Notes under the pieces: model-generated
Database searches by the model: none
The model's input: the letters and a program-made list of their open reading frames with translations, nothing else
Told to the model about the DNA's origin: nothing
In this document: positions 29,316 through 39,285 of the stretch, in pieces
Position numbering within the stretch: position 1 is the stretch's first letter
Layout of the letters: every line of letters begins with the position of its first letter
Position numbers and translations under genes: made by a program
Assembly: GCA_963760525.1 (NCBI GenBank)
Contig: CAVXDT010000014.1
Span: 120,203-184,202, forward strand
Direction: 5' to 3'
Length of the DNA: 64,000 nucleotides
Source: Nitrososphaeria archaeon
GTDB lineage: Archaea; Thermoproteota; Nitrososphaeria; JACIWG01

Positions 29316-30047
29316 TTGTTCTGGTTAGCTGAAGGACTAATATATAGGCGTCAAGAAGGTTTCTTTTACACTTTGGATCCTAGGGTTAAATTGTTTATTT
29401 CCCTAATACTCTTCTCTCTTTCGCTTTTAAGTAGCACGATACTGGAATTCGTGATAATCTTGCTTATTATTGTGTTGATCGGTTCAATATCCAAGGTTCT
29501 GAAACGAATGGGGAAAACTGTGGCCTTCTCATTTTCTTTTTTAGCTTTGGTTTTCGTAATAAACATCTTGGTAGGGTACGACTTGCTCTTTTCAGTAATG
29601 ATCTTGATGCGATTCATTTCCGTTGTATCTTCTACTTCCATATTCTTCTTGACTTCATCACCGGACGAGCTCGAACTTGTAATGAAGTCGTTCCATTTAC
29701 CCTATGATATCATCTTCGCTTTTACAACTGCCGTGCGTTTTGTGCCTGTTATAATGCTGGATGCGATACAAATACTGGATTCTCAACGCTCTAGAGGTCT
29801 TGAAATAGAAAAAGGGAACCTTGTCAAAAGAATAAGGAATTATATTCCAGTCTTGGTTCCCTTGATCGTACAGGCTATAATACGAAGTGAAGAACTCGCT
29901 GAGGCAATGGAGTCACGGGCATATGGGCTTTCCAAGAAGACCTCTTATTACTCTCTGAGATTGAGGAAGAGAGACTACCTTATCATGGTCCTGAGCATAT
30001 CTCCCACAATATTGTTTATATTCATCAAGTATATCCTACATATTTAG
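29316..30047 (+). CDS. ecfT: ECF transporter transmembrane component EcfT (CbiQ family)
   Basis: Multi-TM protein with the conserved ARG motif region (SRAYGL). No S-component adjacent. Confidence 0.75.
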   Translation: MFWLAEGLIYRRQEGFFYTLDPRVKLFISLILFSLSLLSSTILEFVIILLIIVLIGSISKVLKRMGKTVAFSFSFLALVFVINILVGYDLLFSVMILMRFISVVSSTSIFFLTSSPDELELVMKSFHLPYDIIFAFTTAVRFVPVIMLDAIQILDSQRSRGLEIEKGNLVKRIRNYIPVLVPLIVQAIIRSEELAEAMESRAYGLSKKTSYYSLRLRKRDYLIMVLSISPTILFIFIKYILHI

Positions 30048-30058
30048 TCGAATCAAAC

Positions 30059-30724
30059 ATGGTCTACATACTTGTCGATCATAGAGAATCAAAATCTTCG
30101 GTGCCCGCGTTTTTGAGGGAGATGGGTATGGAGATCAAGTTCAGGGCTTTAGAGGTAGGCGACTATGTGATAAGCCCGGAAATCGCCGTTGAAAGGAAAT
30201 CATTACACGATTTTGTTGCATCTCTTTTTGACGGTCGCCTATTTGTGCAAATAGATCGCCTTTCCTCCAGCTATTCCACCCCTTTCATGATTGTGGAAGG
30301 AAAATACGAAGATGTAGAGAAGTATGTTCAAAATCCCAAAGCAGTATACGGTGCTTTAGTGTCCGTGCTCTTGAATTACAGAATTAACCTTATCAACGTC
30401 CCATCAGCAAAAGAAACAGCCATCGTGTTGACTTCTCTAACTAGGCAATTTCCTCACAAACCCCCTCCAATAGTAAAACACGTCAAGAGAGAAAGTTTCC
30501 TAGATAAGCAAGTATATGTTGTCTCTTCCCTCCCAAATGTCGGTAACACGATTGCCTTAAGGCTCTTGGAGAAATTTGGAACGCCAAAACACATCTTACT
30601 TTCCTCAACAAAAGAGCTTGCTGAAATTAAAGGCTTAGGATTAAAGAAGGCTCGAGGAATCCGGTTACTGCTCGACACTCCATGGAAAAAGAACAATGCT
30701 TACTTCGAAGAAAGCATTGAATAA
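30059..30724 (+). CDS. xpf: Short XPF/ERCC4-type nuclease with C-terminal HhH2
   Basis: ERCC4 nuclease motif AVERKSLHDFVASLFDGRLFVQ; C-terminal (HhH)2 LSSLPNVGNTIALRLLEKFGT...LAEIKGLGLKKA. 221 aa, no helicase domain (crenarchaeal-type short XPF). Confidence 0.75.
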   Translation: MVYILVDHRESKSSVPAFLREMGMEIKFRALEVGDYVISPEIAVERKSLHDFVASLFDGRLFVQIDRLSSSYSTPFMIVEGKYEDVEKYVQNPKAVYGALVSVLLNYRINLINVPSAKETAIVLTSLTRQFPHKPPPIVKHVKRESFLDKQVYVVSSLPNVGNTIALRLLEKFGTPKHILLSSTKELAEIKGLGLKKARGIRLLLDTPWKKNNAYFEESIE

Positions 30725-30755
30725 CTTTTTATCCTGTTCTATTCAACCTCAAAAC

Positions 30756-31358
30756 ATGAGCAATAATAGTGCTCATATTAAAGAAAACGCCTTCATGCTC
30801 ATAGACCTTATAAAAGAAAACCTGTCTGATTTGAACGAAAATGAACTTGAAATTCTTGTTCAAATTCTGAATTCCCACAAAGACAATAAAATCCTTGTTA
30901 TGGGCGCAGGGAGGAGTGGTCTTGTAGGGCGATGTTTCGCATTGAGATTGCAACATCTGGGTTTCAATGCTTACGTTCTAGGAGACACTATTGTGCCTTC
31001 CGTTACGAAAGATGATTTAGTAGTGGCTATATCAGGTTCAGGTTCTACAAAGTTAGTTGTTACTGCTGCAGAAGCAGCGAAACAGGCGGGAACTGAAATC
31101 ATAGCGATAACCTCTTATCCTAACTCTCCTTTGGGAAAACTTTCGACGCATACCGTGACAGTGGGGGGGCGTGTTGACGTCTCGACAAGAGACTACTTTG
31201 CTAGACAAATACTTGGGCTACATGAGACACTAGCTCCGCTAGGAACCGTTTACGAGGATAGCGCATCAATTTTACTAGATTCAATCATCGCCACACTAAT
31301 GTCCCAATTGCACGTAGCAGAATCGGAAATGCGTAAAAGGCATGCGAACATCGAGTAG
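30756..31358 (+). CDS. SIS-domain sugar-phosphate isomerase (6-phospho-3-hexuloisomerase-like)
   Basis: SIS motifs ILVMGAGRSG...VVAISGSGSTKLVV...IIAITS. ATG at 30756 is the likelier start than the ORF-track start at 30696. Confidence 0.6.
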   Translation: MSNNSAHIKENAFMLIDLIKENLSDLNENELEILVQILNSHKDNKILVMGAGRSGLVGRCFALRLQHLGFNAYVLGDTIVPSVTKDDLVVAISGSGSTKLVVTAAEAAKQAGTEIIAITSYPNSPLGKLSTHTVTVGGRVDVSTRDYFARQILGLHETLAPLGTVYEDSASILLDSIIATLMSQLHVAESEMRKRHANIE

Positions 31359-31413
31359 TCTTCCCAAAATCTTTTAAAAGAGTCAATTAAGAGGTTTAGT
31401 GTCTGATGCAAAT

Positions 31414-33632
31414 ATGCCAAGATATAAGACTACTAGTGAAGCGTTAAGGATTATAGGCAACAAGAACCAGATTCGAAAGGCTTAGGATAAACTAGCCCGA
31501 ATTATCTTGGTGTTGTTGCCCATGTAGATCATGGGAAAACTACAATGAGTGATAGCCTTCTTGCTGCTTGTGGAATGCTCAATCCTTCTCTTGCTGGGCA
31601 AGCTTTAGCCTTGGACTATATGGATTTGGAGCAGCAAAGACAGATGACAATTAAGGCTGCTAATGTCACCCTATATTACGAATATGAGGGTACGCCTTAT
31701 GTTATAAACCTGATTGACACGCCTGGCCACATCGATTTTACTGGAAGAGTCACAAGGAGTTTACGTGCTATCGACGGCGCCGTCGTCGTGTCGGACGCGG
31801 TAGAAGGAATTATGACTCAAACCGAGACCGTAACACGACAGGCACTAGAGGAAAGAGTTCGACCAGTGCTTTATATCAACAAAATTGACAGACTGATCAA
31901 AGAACTTAAGCTTGGTCCAGAAAAGATGCAGGCTTGGCTTGCGAATATTGTAACTGATTTCAACAATCTAATTGACATTTACGCTGAGCCAGAGTACAAG
32001 GAAAAATGGAAAGTCAGCATACAAAACAGTAGTGTCGCATTCGGTTCAGCAAAAGACCGTTGGGGGTTCAATTACATCGTTGCGCAGAAGAAAGGTGTCA
32101 AGTTTAGTGACATTTACAAAGGATACGAAGAAGGCAACATAAAACTCTTAGCTGAGAACTTTCCGCTTCACGAAGCCGTACTATCAATGGTAGTTACCCA
32201 CCATCCTTCCCCTATAGTGGCACAAAGATACCGTATTCCAAAGATATGGAAAGGCGATCTCGAGTCAGAGGTTGGGAAGTCATTAATGAACTGCGATGAA
32301 ACAGGGCCTATTGTCATGATGATTACAAATATTGTCGTAGACCCTCAAGCCGGACTGGTTGCTGTTGGGAGACTGTTCTCAGGAACTGTCAGAGATGGTG
32401 ACACCGTATATCTGCACAATGCCAGAACGCAAGCTAGAATTCAGTCCGTGAACATGTTCATGGGCATCTTCCGTGAAGTTGTGGGTGTACTAGGATCAGG
32501 AAACATTCCAGCGCTATTAGGACTTGATGCAGCACGCGCTGGAGAAACAATTTCGTCTGTCAAAGAAGTAGCGCCCTTTGAACAGATCAAGTATGTATCA
32601 GAGCCAGTTGTGACGATTGCAGTCGAGCCCAAATATCCACGCGACCTGCCGAAATTGATTGAAACACTGAGAAAACTGTCTATTGAAGATCCAAACCTAA
32701 TCATAAAGATCAATGAGGAAACTGGAGAACAACTGATAGCAGGCATGGGCGTCCTACATTTAGAAATTGCCACAACGCTCATCGCACAAGCTGGACTTGA
32801 AATCGTGCAGACGCCTCCGCTCGTAAACTATCGTGAAACTGTCAGGGGTTCAGCGGGCCCTGTCATGTCTAAATCGCCGAACAAACATAACCGTATCTTC
32901 ATGAAAGTGGAGCCGTTGACTCCTGAAATTGTTGAACTGATCAGGAACGGTACGATTAATGAGCAACTCGACAAGAAATCTGTAGCAAAGATCTTAAGAG
33001 AAAAAGGCTGGGAGGCTGACGAAGCCAGGAACGTTATTAGTGTGGACAACAGAGGAAACCTGTTTATTGATGAAACCAAAGGCGTCCAAGACATGCAAGA
33101 ATCAATCGATTCAATAAAAGTTGGGTTTTTCGATGTAATGGAGAACGGTCCGCTATCGCAAGAATCATGTAGAGGAATAAAGGTGATTTTGCATCATGCA
33201 GAATTCCACGAAGATCCTGCTCATCGAACTTACGCTCAACTCTTGCCAGCATCAAGGAGAGCAATATTGGGCGCAATGCTCTTGGCAAACCCAGTTTTGC
33301 TTGAGCCAATTCTGGGCATAGAAGTTAAAGCGAACAGCGAATTGATCGGTGCAGTTGCCGGTGTAATATCTTCAAGAAGAGGAAAGATGCTTGACGTACA
33401 ACAAAAGGGAATTTTGACAATCATAGAAGGCGTAATTCCCACTTCAGAAACATTCGACCTCAGCGAAGCGATGAGAGGTGCTACTGCAGGAAAAGCCATG
33501 TGGAACACGCATTTCAAGGAATGGAACATTGTTCCAACAAGCTTGTTAATGCAGCTCATAACATCTATAAGAAAGAGAAAAGGCTTGGGAGAAAATCCTC
33601 CAGCTCCAGAAGAATTCATAGACAGAGACTAG
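31414..33632 (+). CDS. fusA: Translation elongation factor 2 (aEF-2). Two exons, 31414..31477 and 31504..33632, interrupted by a 26-nt BHB intron
   Basis: Exon 1 in frame 1 encodes MPRYKTTSEALRIIGNKNQIR. Exon 2 (frame 0) continues LGVVAHVDHGKTTMSDSLLA.... The junction codon a|at gives N, so the spliced product reads IRNLGVVAHVDHGKTT, the conserved G1 region. Unspliced, an in-frame TAA at 31488 separates the two parts. Confidence 0.85.
31478..31503 (+). other. Putative bulge-helix-bulge (BHB) intron within the EF-2 coding sequence
   Basis: Canonical h-B-H-B-h' fold. Outer helix h: ACCAGA (31466-71) with TCT(T)GGT (31505-11). Central helix H: TTCG (31472-75) with CGAA (31498-501). Bulge AAA (31476-78). 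Inner hairpin h': GGCT (31479-82) with AGCC (31494-97) and an 11-nt loop. Second bulge TTA (31502-04). Cut after the 2nd nucleotide of each bulge. Confidence 0.75.
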
Positions 33633-33890
33633 TCATCCAAAAACCTTTTCCTTCTTTCTTCTTTTTTGTTTTCCGATTCTTTAAGAAAATTAAGTGGCCA
33701 CGTTAACCTATTGTCAACAAGCTTGATTATTCCCATTCCACCAGGACTTCTTCTGTTGGCCTGGCCCAAGGTTAGCTCTGATGAGATTTGTTGAATATGG
33801 GAATATGAAAAAACGATAGGAGCGATTGAAATTTCCAACAAAAGTGGGCTTCTTAAATATTCTTAAATTTTAGGAGTTCAATGAGTTGCG

Positions 33891-34388
33891 TTGTCTATGG
33901 AAAAAGAAGAAAGACAGCATTTGGCAAGAATCAGAAAAAGCAGAGGGCACAGTTTCGAAAGGGATATTGTAAAAAGATTTCGCGATGTTGGATGGTGGGC
34001 GTATAGAACAGGCGGAAATAGCGCTTATTTGCCTGATGTGATGGCGACAGACGATGCCAAAGGTGAATTGGCTGTTATTGAAGCCAAGTCCGGGGCAAAG
34101 GACCATTTGTATGTCAAATGGGACCAAATCTCTCACGATATATTTCTGATGGATGGCTTTAAAAGATATCCTGTGAGAAGCATGGTCCTTGCGTTCAAGT
34201 TCATTTCGAAAAAAAGAAATAGTAAAAAGGAATATGAGAGGAGAGAGTTAAAGGAATACTTCAAGCTGTTTCCTAAAGAGCTTTATAAGAAGTTGGAAGG
34301 AAAAAGCATGTCATGTCATTATGTAAGAGGCTGTCCAGAGCTTCCAGATTATCTCCCACCTTTCCAAATCAAAAGAAGAAACGGCTAG
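33891..34388 (+). CDS. hjc: Holliday junction resolvase Hjc-like, with a ~35-aa Cys-containing C-terminal extension
   Basis: Core aligns with Hjc: GHSFERDIVKRFRDVGWWAYRTGGN...PDVMATDD..LAVIEAKSGAKDHLYV. Extra C-terminal tail CHYVRGCPELPDY. Confidence 0.6.
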   Translation: MSMEKEERQHLARIRKSRGHSFERDIVKRFRDVGWWAYRTGGNSAYLPDVMATDDAKGELAVIEAKSGAKDHLYVKWDQISHDIFLMDGFKRYPVRSMVLAFKFISKKRNSKKEYERRELKEYFKLFPKELYKKLEGKSMSCHYVRGCPELPDYLPPFQIKRRNG

Positions 34389-34666
34389 ATTAGCGAAGAT
34401 ATCTACACGTATTTTCTATTCAAGTAAGTGACAGGTTATTAGAATATTGAGCTATCCATAATAAAAGGATAATTGTGAATGAATTGGAGTTGGCAAGGCA
34501 TTCTCAGGCTTAGAATTCCTTATTCCAAAAATATCAGGGAGGGCTCGGTACTCAAGATCTATCTCATGATATTTCGATACGGTCTATTTCTTCATCGCCC
34601 CATAAACACGTTTTAAAAACTAATTAATAGTCATTTATCATATGAGCGAGTAGAGAAGGCGGTCGC

Positions 34667-35095
34667 ATGGTAGAAATAAGCCTGACAGTTCATTTGGATA
34701 GGATTCGGCGTTTCCTCATCAATAGCACTTGCCGTTCCTTTGTGCCAATGAGTTACTACAAAGACCCAGAAGTATTCCCAGAAAAGGAAGATGGGCCCGG
34801 TTCAATTTACATAGAAGCGGTTGACAAGGTCACCTTGACCAAAATTCGTGATATTACATTTGTAAACGCAAGAGACATTCTGGGGATCATATACTCTTCG
34901 AAGAGTGGCAATACTAAGCTAAAGTGGAGACAGATAAGAGGTAGAATGGGGAAGATGACTGGAAACGCTTCGACGAACTCCCTAGTGAACCTAGTGGAAT
35001 CAGGAATATTGAGCATAGACCAAGTAAAGGAAATGACTATTAAACAGGAGAAAACGCCGTCCTCTGAACCTCAGAAGGAAGTTGAACCCACATAG
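34667..35095 (+). CDS. Hypothetical protein (possible winged-HTH)
   Basis: 142 aa. Central segment TKIRDITFVNARDILGII...LVNLVESGIL is HTH-like. Weak call. Confidence 0.3.
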   Translation: MVEISLTVHLDRIRRFLINSTCRSFVPMSYYKDPEVFPEKEDGPGSIYIEAVDKVTLTKIRDITFVNARDILGIIYSSKSGNTKLKWRQIRGRMGKMTGNASTNSLVNLVESGILSIDQVKEMTIKQEKTPSSEPQKEVEPT

Positions 35096-35291
35096 CATAT
35101 TCATCGCATGGATCCTTAACATAGAATTCTTTCCGCCGTGCTTCAAACAGAAGATTGGTTATTCTTTGGAATTCAGCAAAGGTATTAACTCTATTTCCTG
35201 TAGCTTTGAATTTTTCACCGAATTTCTCCAAATTTCTTAAGGATTTAAAGAGTGCAAAATTAATTTTTATTTCTGTCCACATAGAATACTA

Positions 35292-35633
35292 TTGGAGCAA
35301 GACATGGTATTAGTAAAAGTGTTTAGAATAACAAGTTTCACAGCTCCAGATACAGGAGAACCTGGAAAACAGATTGAAATGGTGGAAGTTAAGAGACAAC
35401 AGGTGATGGGCCAACAATATGGCGGCGATGACACAGCGCGTTTCACTCAGACCGTCATCTCTCAGATACAGTCAATGGGCATTCTGCCTCCGATGGCGAA
35501 GGAGATAAACTATCCGAAGATCATATTATTTCTGACAGAAAAGGAGTTTGACCAACTAGAAGTGCCGATGAACGTCAACGATACATACGAATTGACGTTC
35601 GAAAAAGGAAAGATATCGTTTAGTATTCCATAA
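35292..35633 (+). CDS. Hypothetical protein
   Basis: 113-aa ORF ending 14 bp before tRNA-Gly(CCC). No recognisable motif. Confidence 0.3.
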   Translation: MEQDMVLVKVFRITSFTAPDTGEPGKQIEMVEVKRQQVMGQQYGGDDTARFTQTVISQIQSMGILPPMAKEINYPKIILFLTEKEFDQLEVPMNVNDTYELTFEKGKISFSIP

Positions 35634-35647
35634 TATTCGCGAATAAT

Positions 35648-35721
35648 GCGGCGTTGATCTAGTGGCCTATGATGCCAGCCTCCCAAGCTGGATATCCCGG
35701 GTTCAAATCCCGGACGCCGCA
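35648..35721 (+). tRNA. tRNA-Gly (anticodon CCC)
   Basis: Acceptor GCGGCGT/ACGCCGC; anticodon stem CCAGC/GCTGG with loop CTCCCAA; T-arm CCGGG-TTCAAAT-CCCGG; 74 nt. Confidence 0.85.
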
Positions 35722-35992
35722 TCCTTCTCGTATTAGGTGTTTGGAGGTTGAATTGTTGAGTTCAGGAAGGGCATCTTTGCTGGTAAATTGCACATTTTCG
35801 ATGATTATGTTCTTTGAAACCTTTAAAATATGATTCCTATTAGCCTAATCAAAACGTTCTTCTACTAGCTTTGGTAGACATTTCTATTCTTCTTTTTTAA
35901 TATATAGAGGTTTTCTTAGAATTTCAAATCTGTCCAGTCGTTAGGACAAAACTATTTATCAAGACAGTGGAGAACCTAATATTGAAATTAAA

Positions 35993-37621
35993 TTGGTTAA
36001 AGCATCTCAAGGGATTCTAATTCTACTATTCACCTTTGTAATAATAAATTCGGCAGCTGTATCACTCACTGCCAACTGTATGGTAACTTCAATTATTGAC
36101 GAGAATAATGTTGTAATTTCCGAAGTGTTACCTTCGGACTATAGATTAGCTGTGGAACTCTGGCTTGAGGAACGATCTGCTTGGTGTAGCTTATACATGG
36201 AGCATACGTCTTGGTCGAATCAAAGCCAAGCCATCGAAGCTGTTCAGAAAGAGATCAGCAGCAGATTGGCATCTTACAATCTTACATTCAATATTGAGTA
36301 TGTCAAATTTGCCGTAAACGCCTCTATGGATGTTGACTTTACGGTTTCCAACTTACCAGTCAATGGAGGGCCTTTGAACTTTGGTTACAACGACTATTCC
36401 GTTGAATTGGGTTGGTTGGTAGATTGGGCTGAGGCACCTTTTACACAATGGGAAAAGACAATAACGTCGACAGAATACTTCTTGGAGGAAGCGGAGCTAG
36501 AGCATTCAAGGGAAGTGGAAGGTAAGACTTACAGGTTCAATCTTGAGCGTATTATTCGATTACAGGGATTCACCAGCATATCCGAGCTCACGGATACAAG
36601 CGTTTCCTATTCGATCTTCATACCTAAAACCATCCTCAAACTCGACATCTCCCAGGACAAAATCAAGGTAGTCAACATAACCAACTTTTCAAATAAAACC
36701 GAATTTTACAGACTGTACGTTTTGGGCGAGCAGTATCGGGATGAGGTCTTGAAGAATGCTATAGCAGAGGAGGCAACAAGGTTGAACCCGTATAACTTTA
36801 CTGCAGACAACTTTGAAATCTATATGAGCGAGCCATCGGATTTTTACCTGGCCTTGATGGTTCACTACGTTGTACAGGGTGCTGTTGAAAATATTGGTGG
36901 CGATGGGTATAAGGTAGACTTGAGATTCCTTAGCATGCCACTATCGGAGTTCACCATATCGTTAAATCCTCGGACTAAAACAGTTCTGGGATACATGGGA
37001 GATTTGGGTGAAGAGAAAATATTGGTCGCAATACACATGGAATCTATTCAGAAGGTAGAGGATAATATTATATTTGGATTGCCTGTGCAGACTGCTACGA
37101 CCACCGCGACAACTACCGCAACAACAACGACTACTACTGCAACTTCAACGACGACCACACCGACTACAACTATGACAACAGCGACGACAACCACACAGAA
37201 ACCAGGAAACCCTCTAGTCACTGTGATAGCTGAAAATTATATCGCTATTGGGCTCACTTCACTGACTATTTTAGCAGGTGCACTGATCTGGAGAGGCCAC
37301 GTGAGGTCGGTGTGGAACAGGGGCAGCTTCGACTACGATACTTTCAGACTGCTCGTGAGGATGAGGGGTGGAGGAGTGAGGGTGAACCTTCTAAGATCTC
37401 TGGGTGAGCAGAAGAATAAGCTGCAGCTGGCTAAGGAGCTTGATATGGACTGGAAGGCTGTCGACCGTAACATAAGGATATTGTTGAAGTATGGCTTGAT
37501 CATGGAAACAGAGTCCGTGGGCAAGGTAAAATTCTATTCTCTCACACCTGATGGTAAAAAGGTCCTCGAGCTGTTGGAAGAATTGAATAGTGCAGAAGTT
37601 TCAGGGGGGACAGACATATAG
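35993..37621 (+). CDS. Membrane-tethered winged-HTH protein. Signal peptide, large extracytoplasmic domain, Thr-rich linker, one TM helix, cytoplasmic wHTH
   Basis: N-terminal signal/anchor (ILILLFTFVIINSAAVSL). Extracellular domain of about 360 aa. Thr-rich linker TATTTATTTATTTTTTATSTTTTPTTTMTTATTTTQKPG, a likely O-glycosylated stalk. TM helix LVTVIAENYIAIGLTSLTILAGALIW. C-terminal wHTH VNLLRSLGEQKNKLQLAKELDMDWKAVDRNIRILLKYGLI...GKVKFYSLTPDGKKVLELL. Confidence 0.6.
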   Translation: MVKASQGILILLFTFVIINSAAVSLTANCMVTSIIDENNVVISEVLPSDYRLAVELWLEERSAWCSLYMEHTSWSNQSQAIEAVQKEISSRLASYNLTFNIEYVKFAVNASMDVDFTVSNLPVNGGPLNFGYNDYSVELGWLVDWAEAPFTQWEKTITSTEYFLEEAELEHSREVEGKTYRFNLERIIRLQGFTSISELTDTSVSYSIFIPKTILKLDISQDKIKVVNITNFSNKTEFYRLYVLGEQYRDEVLKNAIAEEATRLNPYNFTADNFEIYMSEPSDFYLALMVHYVVQGAVENIGGDGYKVDLRFLSMPLSEFTISLNPRTKTVLGYMGDLGEEKILVAIHMESIQKVEDNIIFGLPVQTATTTATTTATTTTTTATSTTTTPTTTMTTATTTTQKPGNPLVTVIAENYIAIGLTSLTILAGALIWRGHVRSVWNRGSFDYDTFRLLVRMRGGGVRVNLLRSLGEQKNKLQLAKELDMDWKAVDRNIRILLKYGLIMETESVGKVKFYSLTPDGKKVLELLEELNSAEVSGGTDI

Positions 37622-39088
37622 ATGGCCACAAATCACTGGAAATATCTTTCAATAGCACTGGCCATAGTTCTTGTAGCATCTTCTCTCCTGTCAATCCAGA
37701 TAGTTGGCTCATTGGATGAACAACTTGACTCAATGGGAGGGAAATTAAACAGAATTGATAGCGAATACGACGATCTTAAAGCGAAATATGACATGTTGAA
37801 GGATTATTTCGGCTTGGACTATTACACTTCGAACCTCGTATATCTGCAGCTCGGATTTCCCAAGATCACCTCTGGAGGGCTCCCGTATTCCCCGAGCCTT
37901 CCAAACTACACGGTCTACATTAGTGGGAGTAACATACCAAATTTCAAACTTGGGACGATACCCGTGCCCGTAATAAATCTGAAGGACGCCCTCAAGATAG
38001 CGACATCCCCTGCAAACTTGGATCCTACAGAATACTGTCTGATTTCAGCGGACTTTAGCGATGGAACAGTTTTGAATAACACTCTGGAATGGAGTCCAAG
38101 CTGGTCCTTCTACTTTGCAAGGACCTATCAGGACTTTTGGCTCTACGGATTTGGGCTGGACTATAGTTCTGGAGCGATAACTGTCAACGCGTTCAACGGA
38201 AGCATAATGAGAATTTACGGTTTCGGAGAAAATGACATGTATCTGCCAACGTCAGGCGAGAATTTCGAGCTGAAGGTGAACATGACGCAGGCTCTCAAAA
38301 TCGTCAGAAAGAGCAGTTTGAACGGTGTCCCAAGGGAGCTGACAGAGGATGGAAAGATGCAGATGGCGGAGCCAAGAATAGTGCTTTTTGGCCCCGACTC
38401 AAGATACGGATACCTTGAGAGCCCACTTGATCCCTTGCTCTCAGGCAAAAAGAAACTTTGCTGGATCATACAGCTGCATTCACCAGTTCCAGGATACGGT
38501 TATTCTGGTACTTTCGCAGTTGACGCGGAGACTGGAGAGATTGTCGTAGGATATGCTCAAGCAAGTTATCCCTCACTTAATTACCCGTTCTTGAGCGGTG
38601 CCATAGATGGTTCATCAGTATGCAATTTGAAAGTATTGCAGTTGAACTTCTCCATAGATGGAAAGATTATCGGCATGGAAGGAAAACTGCCTCTCATAGT
38701 TCCCAACGTCGTAGTAGTGAGGCCGGGAGCCAGCGGAAGCATTGGCCTGAACATTACGTCTAACCACAGCCAAGATGTAATTGTAAACCTGACCATGGCC
38801 AACCCTCTACCGGGCCTGCAGAGTTTAGGTTCGGACAGCAGTCCTGAAGGAGTGTCAATGCAGTTCATGAGACAGCAGATGGTTGTACAGGCTAACGGAA
38901 CATCGCAGGCTACACTGCTTATTTCAGTACAGAACGATGTTCTGCAGAGGACGTATCTGCTGGAGGTGGACCTTGAATATATGTATCCGCAGTGGAATCA
39001 GCCTTCGAAACAGTCGTTCGTGTTTCTTCTGACCATATGGGATGGAAAAGGGTATATACCCCCATTGCCTATAATAGGTAATGGATGA
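37622..39088 (+). CDS. N-terminally membrane-anchored extracytoplasmic protein (coiled-coil stalk + large beta-rich domain)
   Basis: Start overlaps the previous stop (TAGATG). TM anchor KYLSIALAIVLVASSLLSIQIV, then a coiled-coil, then about 400 aa with many N-x-S/T sequons. Confidence 0.5.
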   Translation: MATNHWKYLSIALAIVLVASSLLSIQIVGSLDEQLDSMGGKLNRIDSEYDDLKAKYDMLKDYFGLDYYTSNLVYLQLGFPKITSGGLPYSPSLPNYTVYISGSNIPNFKLGTIPVPVINLKDALKIATSPANLDPTEYCLISADFSDGTVLNNTLEWSPSWSFYFARTYQDFWLYGFGLDYSSGAITVNAFNGSIMRIYGFGENDMYLPTSGENFELKVNMTQALKIVRKSSLNGVPRELTEDGKMQMAEPRIVLFGPDSRYGYLESPLDPLLSGKKKLCWIIQLHSPVPGYGYSGTFAVDAETGEIVVGYAQASYPSLNYPFLSGAIDGSSVCNLKVLQLNFSIDGKIIGMEGKLPLIVPNVVVVRPGASGSIGLNITSNHSQDVIVNLTMANPLPGLQSLGSDSSPEGVSMQFMRQQMVVQANGTSQATLLISVQNDVLQRTYLLEVDLEYMYPQWNQPSKQSFVFLLTIWDGKGYIPPLPIIGNG

Positions 39089-39285
39089 TCATAAGCCAAT
39101 AGGAGTAGATTGTAGGCTCAAACATAGTATGCAAGATAGAACTTCTTAGACAGAACACTGTAATTAGACAAGATGGGAAGCAGTCGCTCTTCATTGAATT
39201 CATCGGATTAGCATTGCAGGTCCTGAACAAAGGTAAGGCTAACAGGGTGATTTTTGCCAGTGAAATAGGTATTTCTGGTGACCTG

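Noticed and set aside
31470-31505. Initial reading of the EF-2 disruption as a 23-nt insertion or frameshift leaving IRNYLGVVAH.
   Set aside because: The BHB-defined 26-nt excision gives the consensus IRNLGVVAH spacing and a canonical structure. The 23-nt interpretation was dropped in favour of the intron.
33633-33890. Possible C/D-box sRNA (the CTGATGA C-box-like motif near 33775).
   Set aside because: No matching D box (CUGA) or terminal stem could be found at appropriate spacing.
35510-35722. 70-aa minus-strand ORF overlapping tRNA-Gly(CCC).
   Set aside because: It overlaps the tRNA gene and the end of the 35292 ORF. Spurious.
37078-37200. Nucleotide-level ACN/ACG repeat tract.
   Set aside because: It is coding: the Thr-rich linker of the membrane-tethered wHTH protein. 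It is not an independent non-coding tandem repeat.
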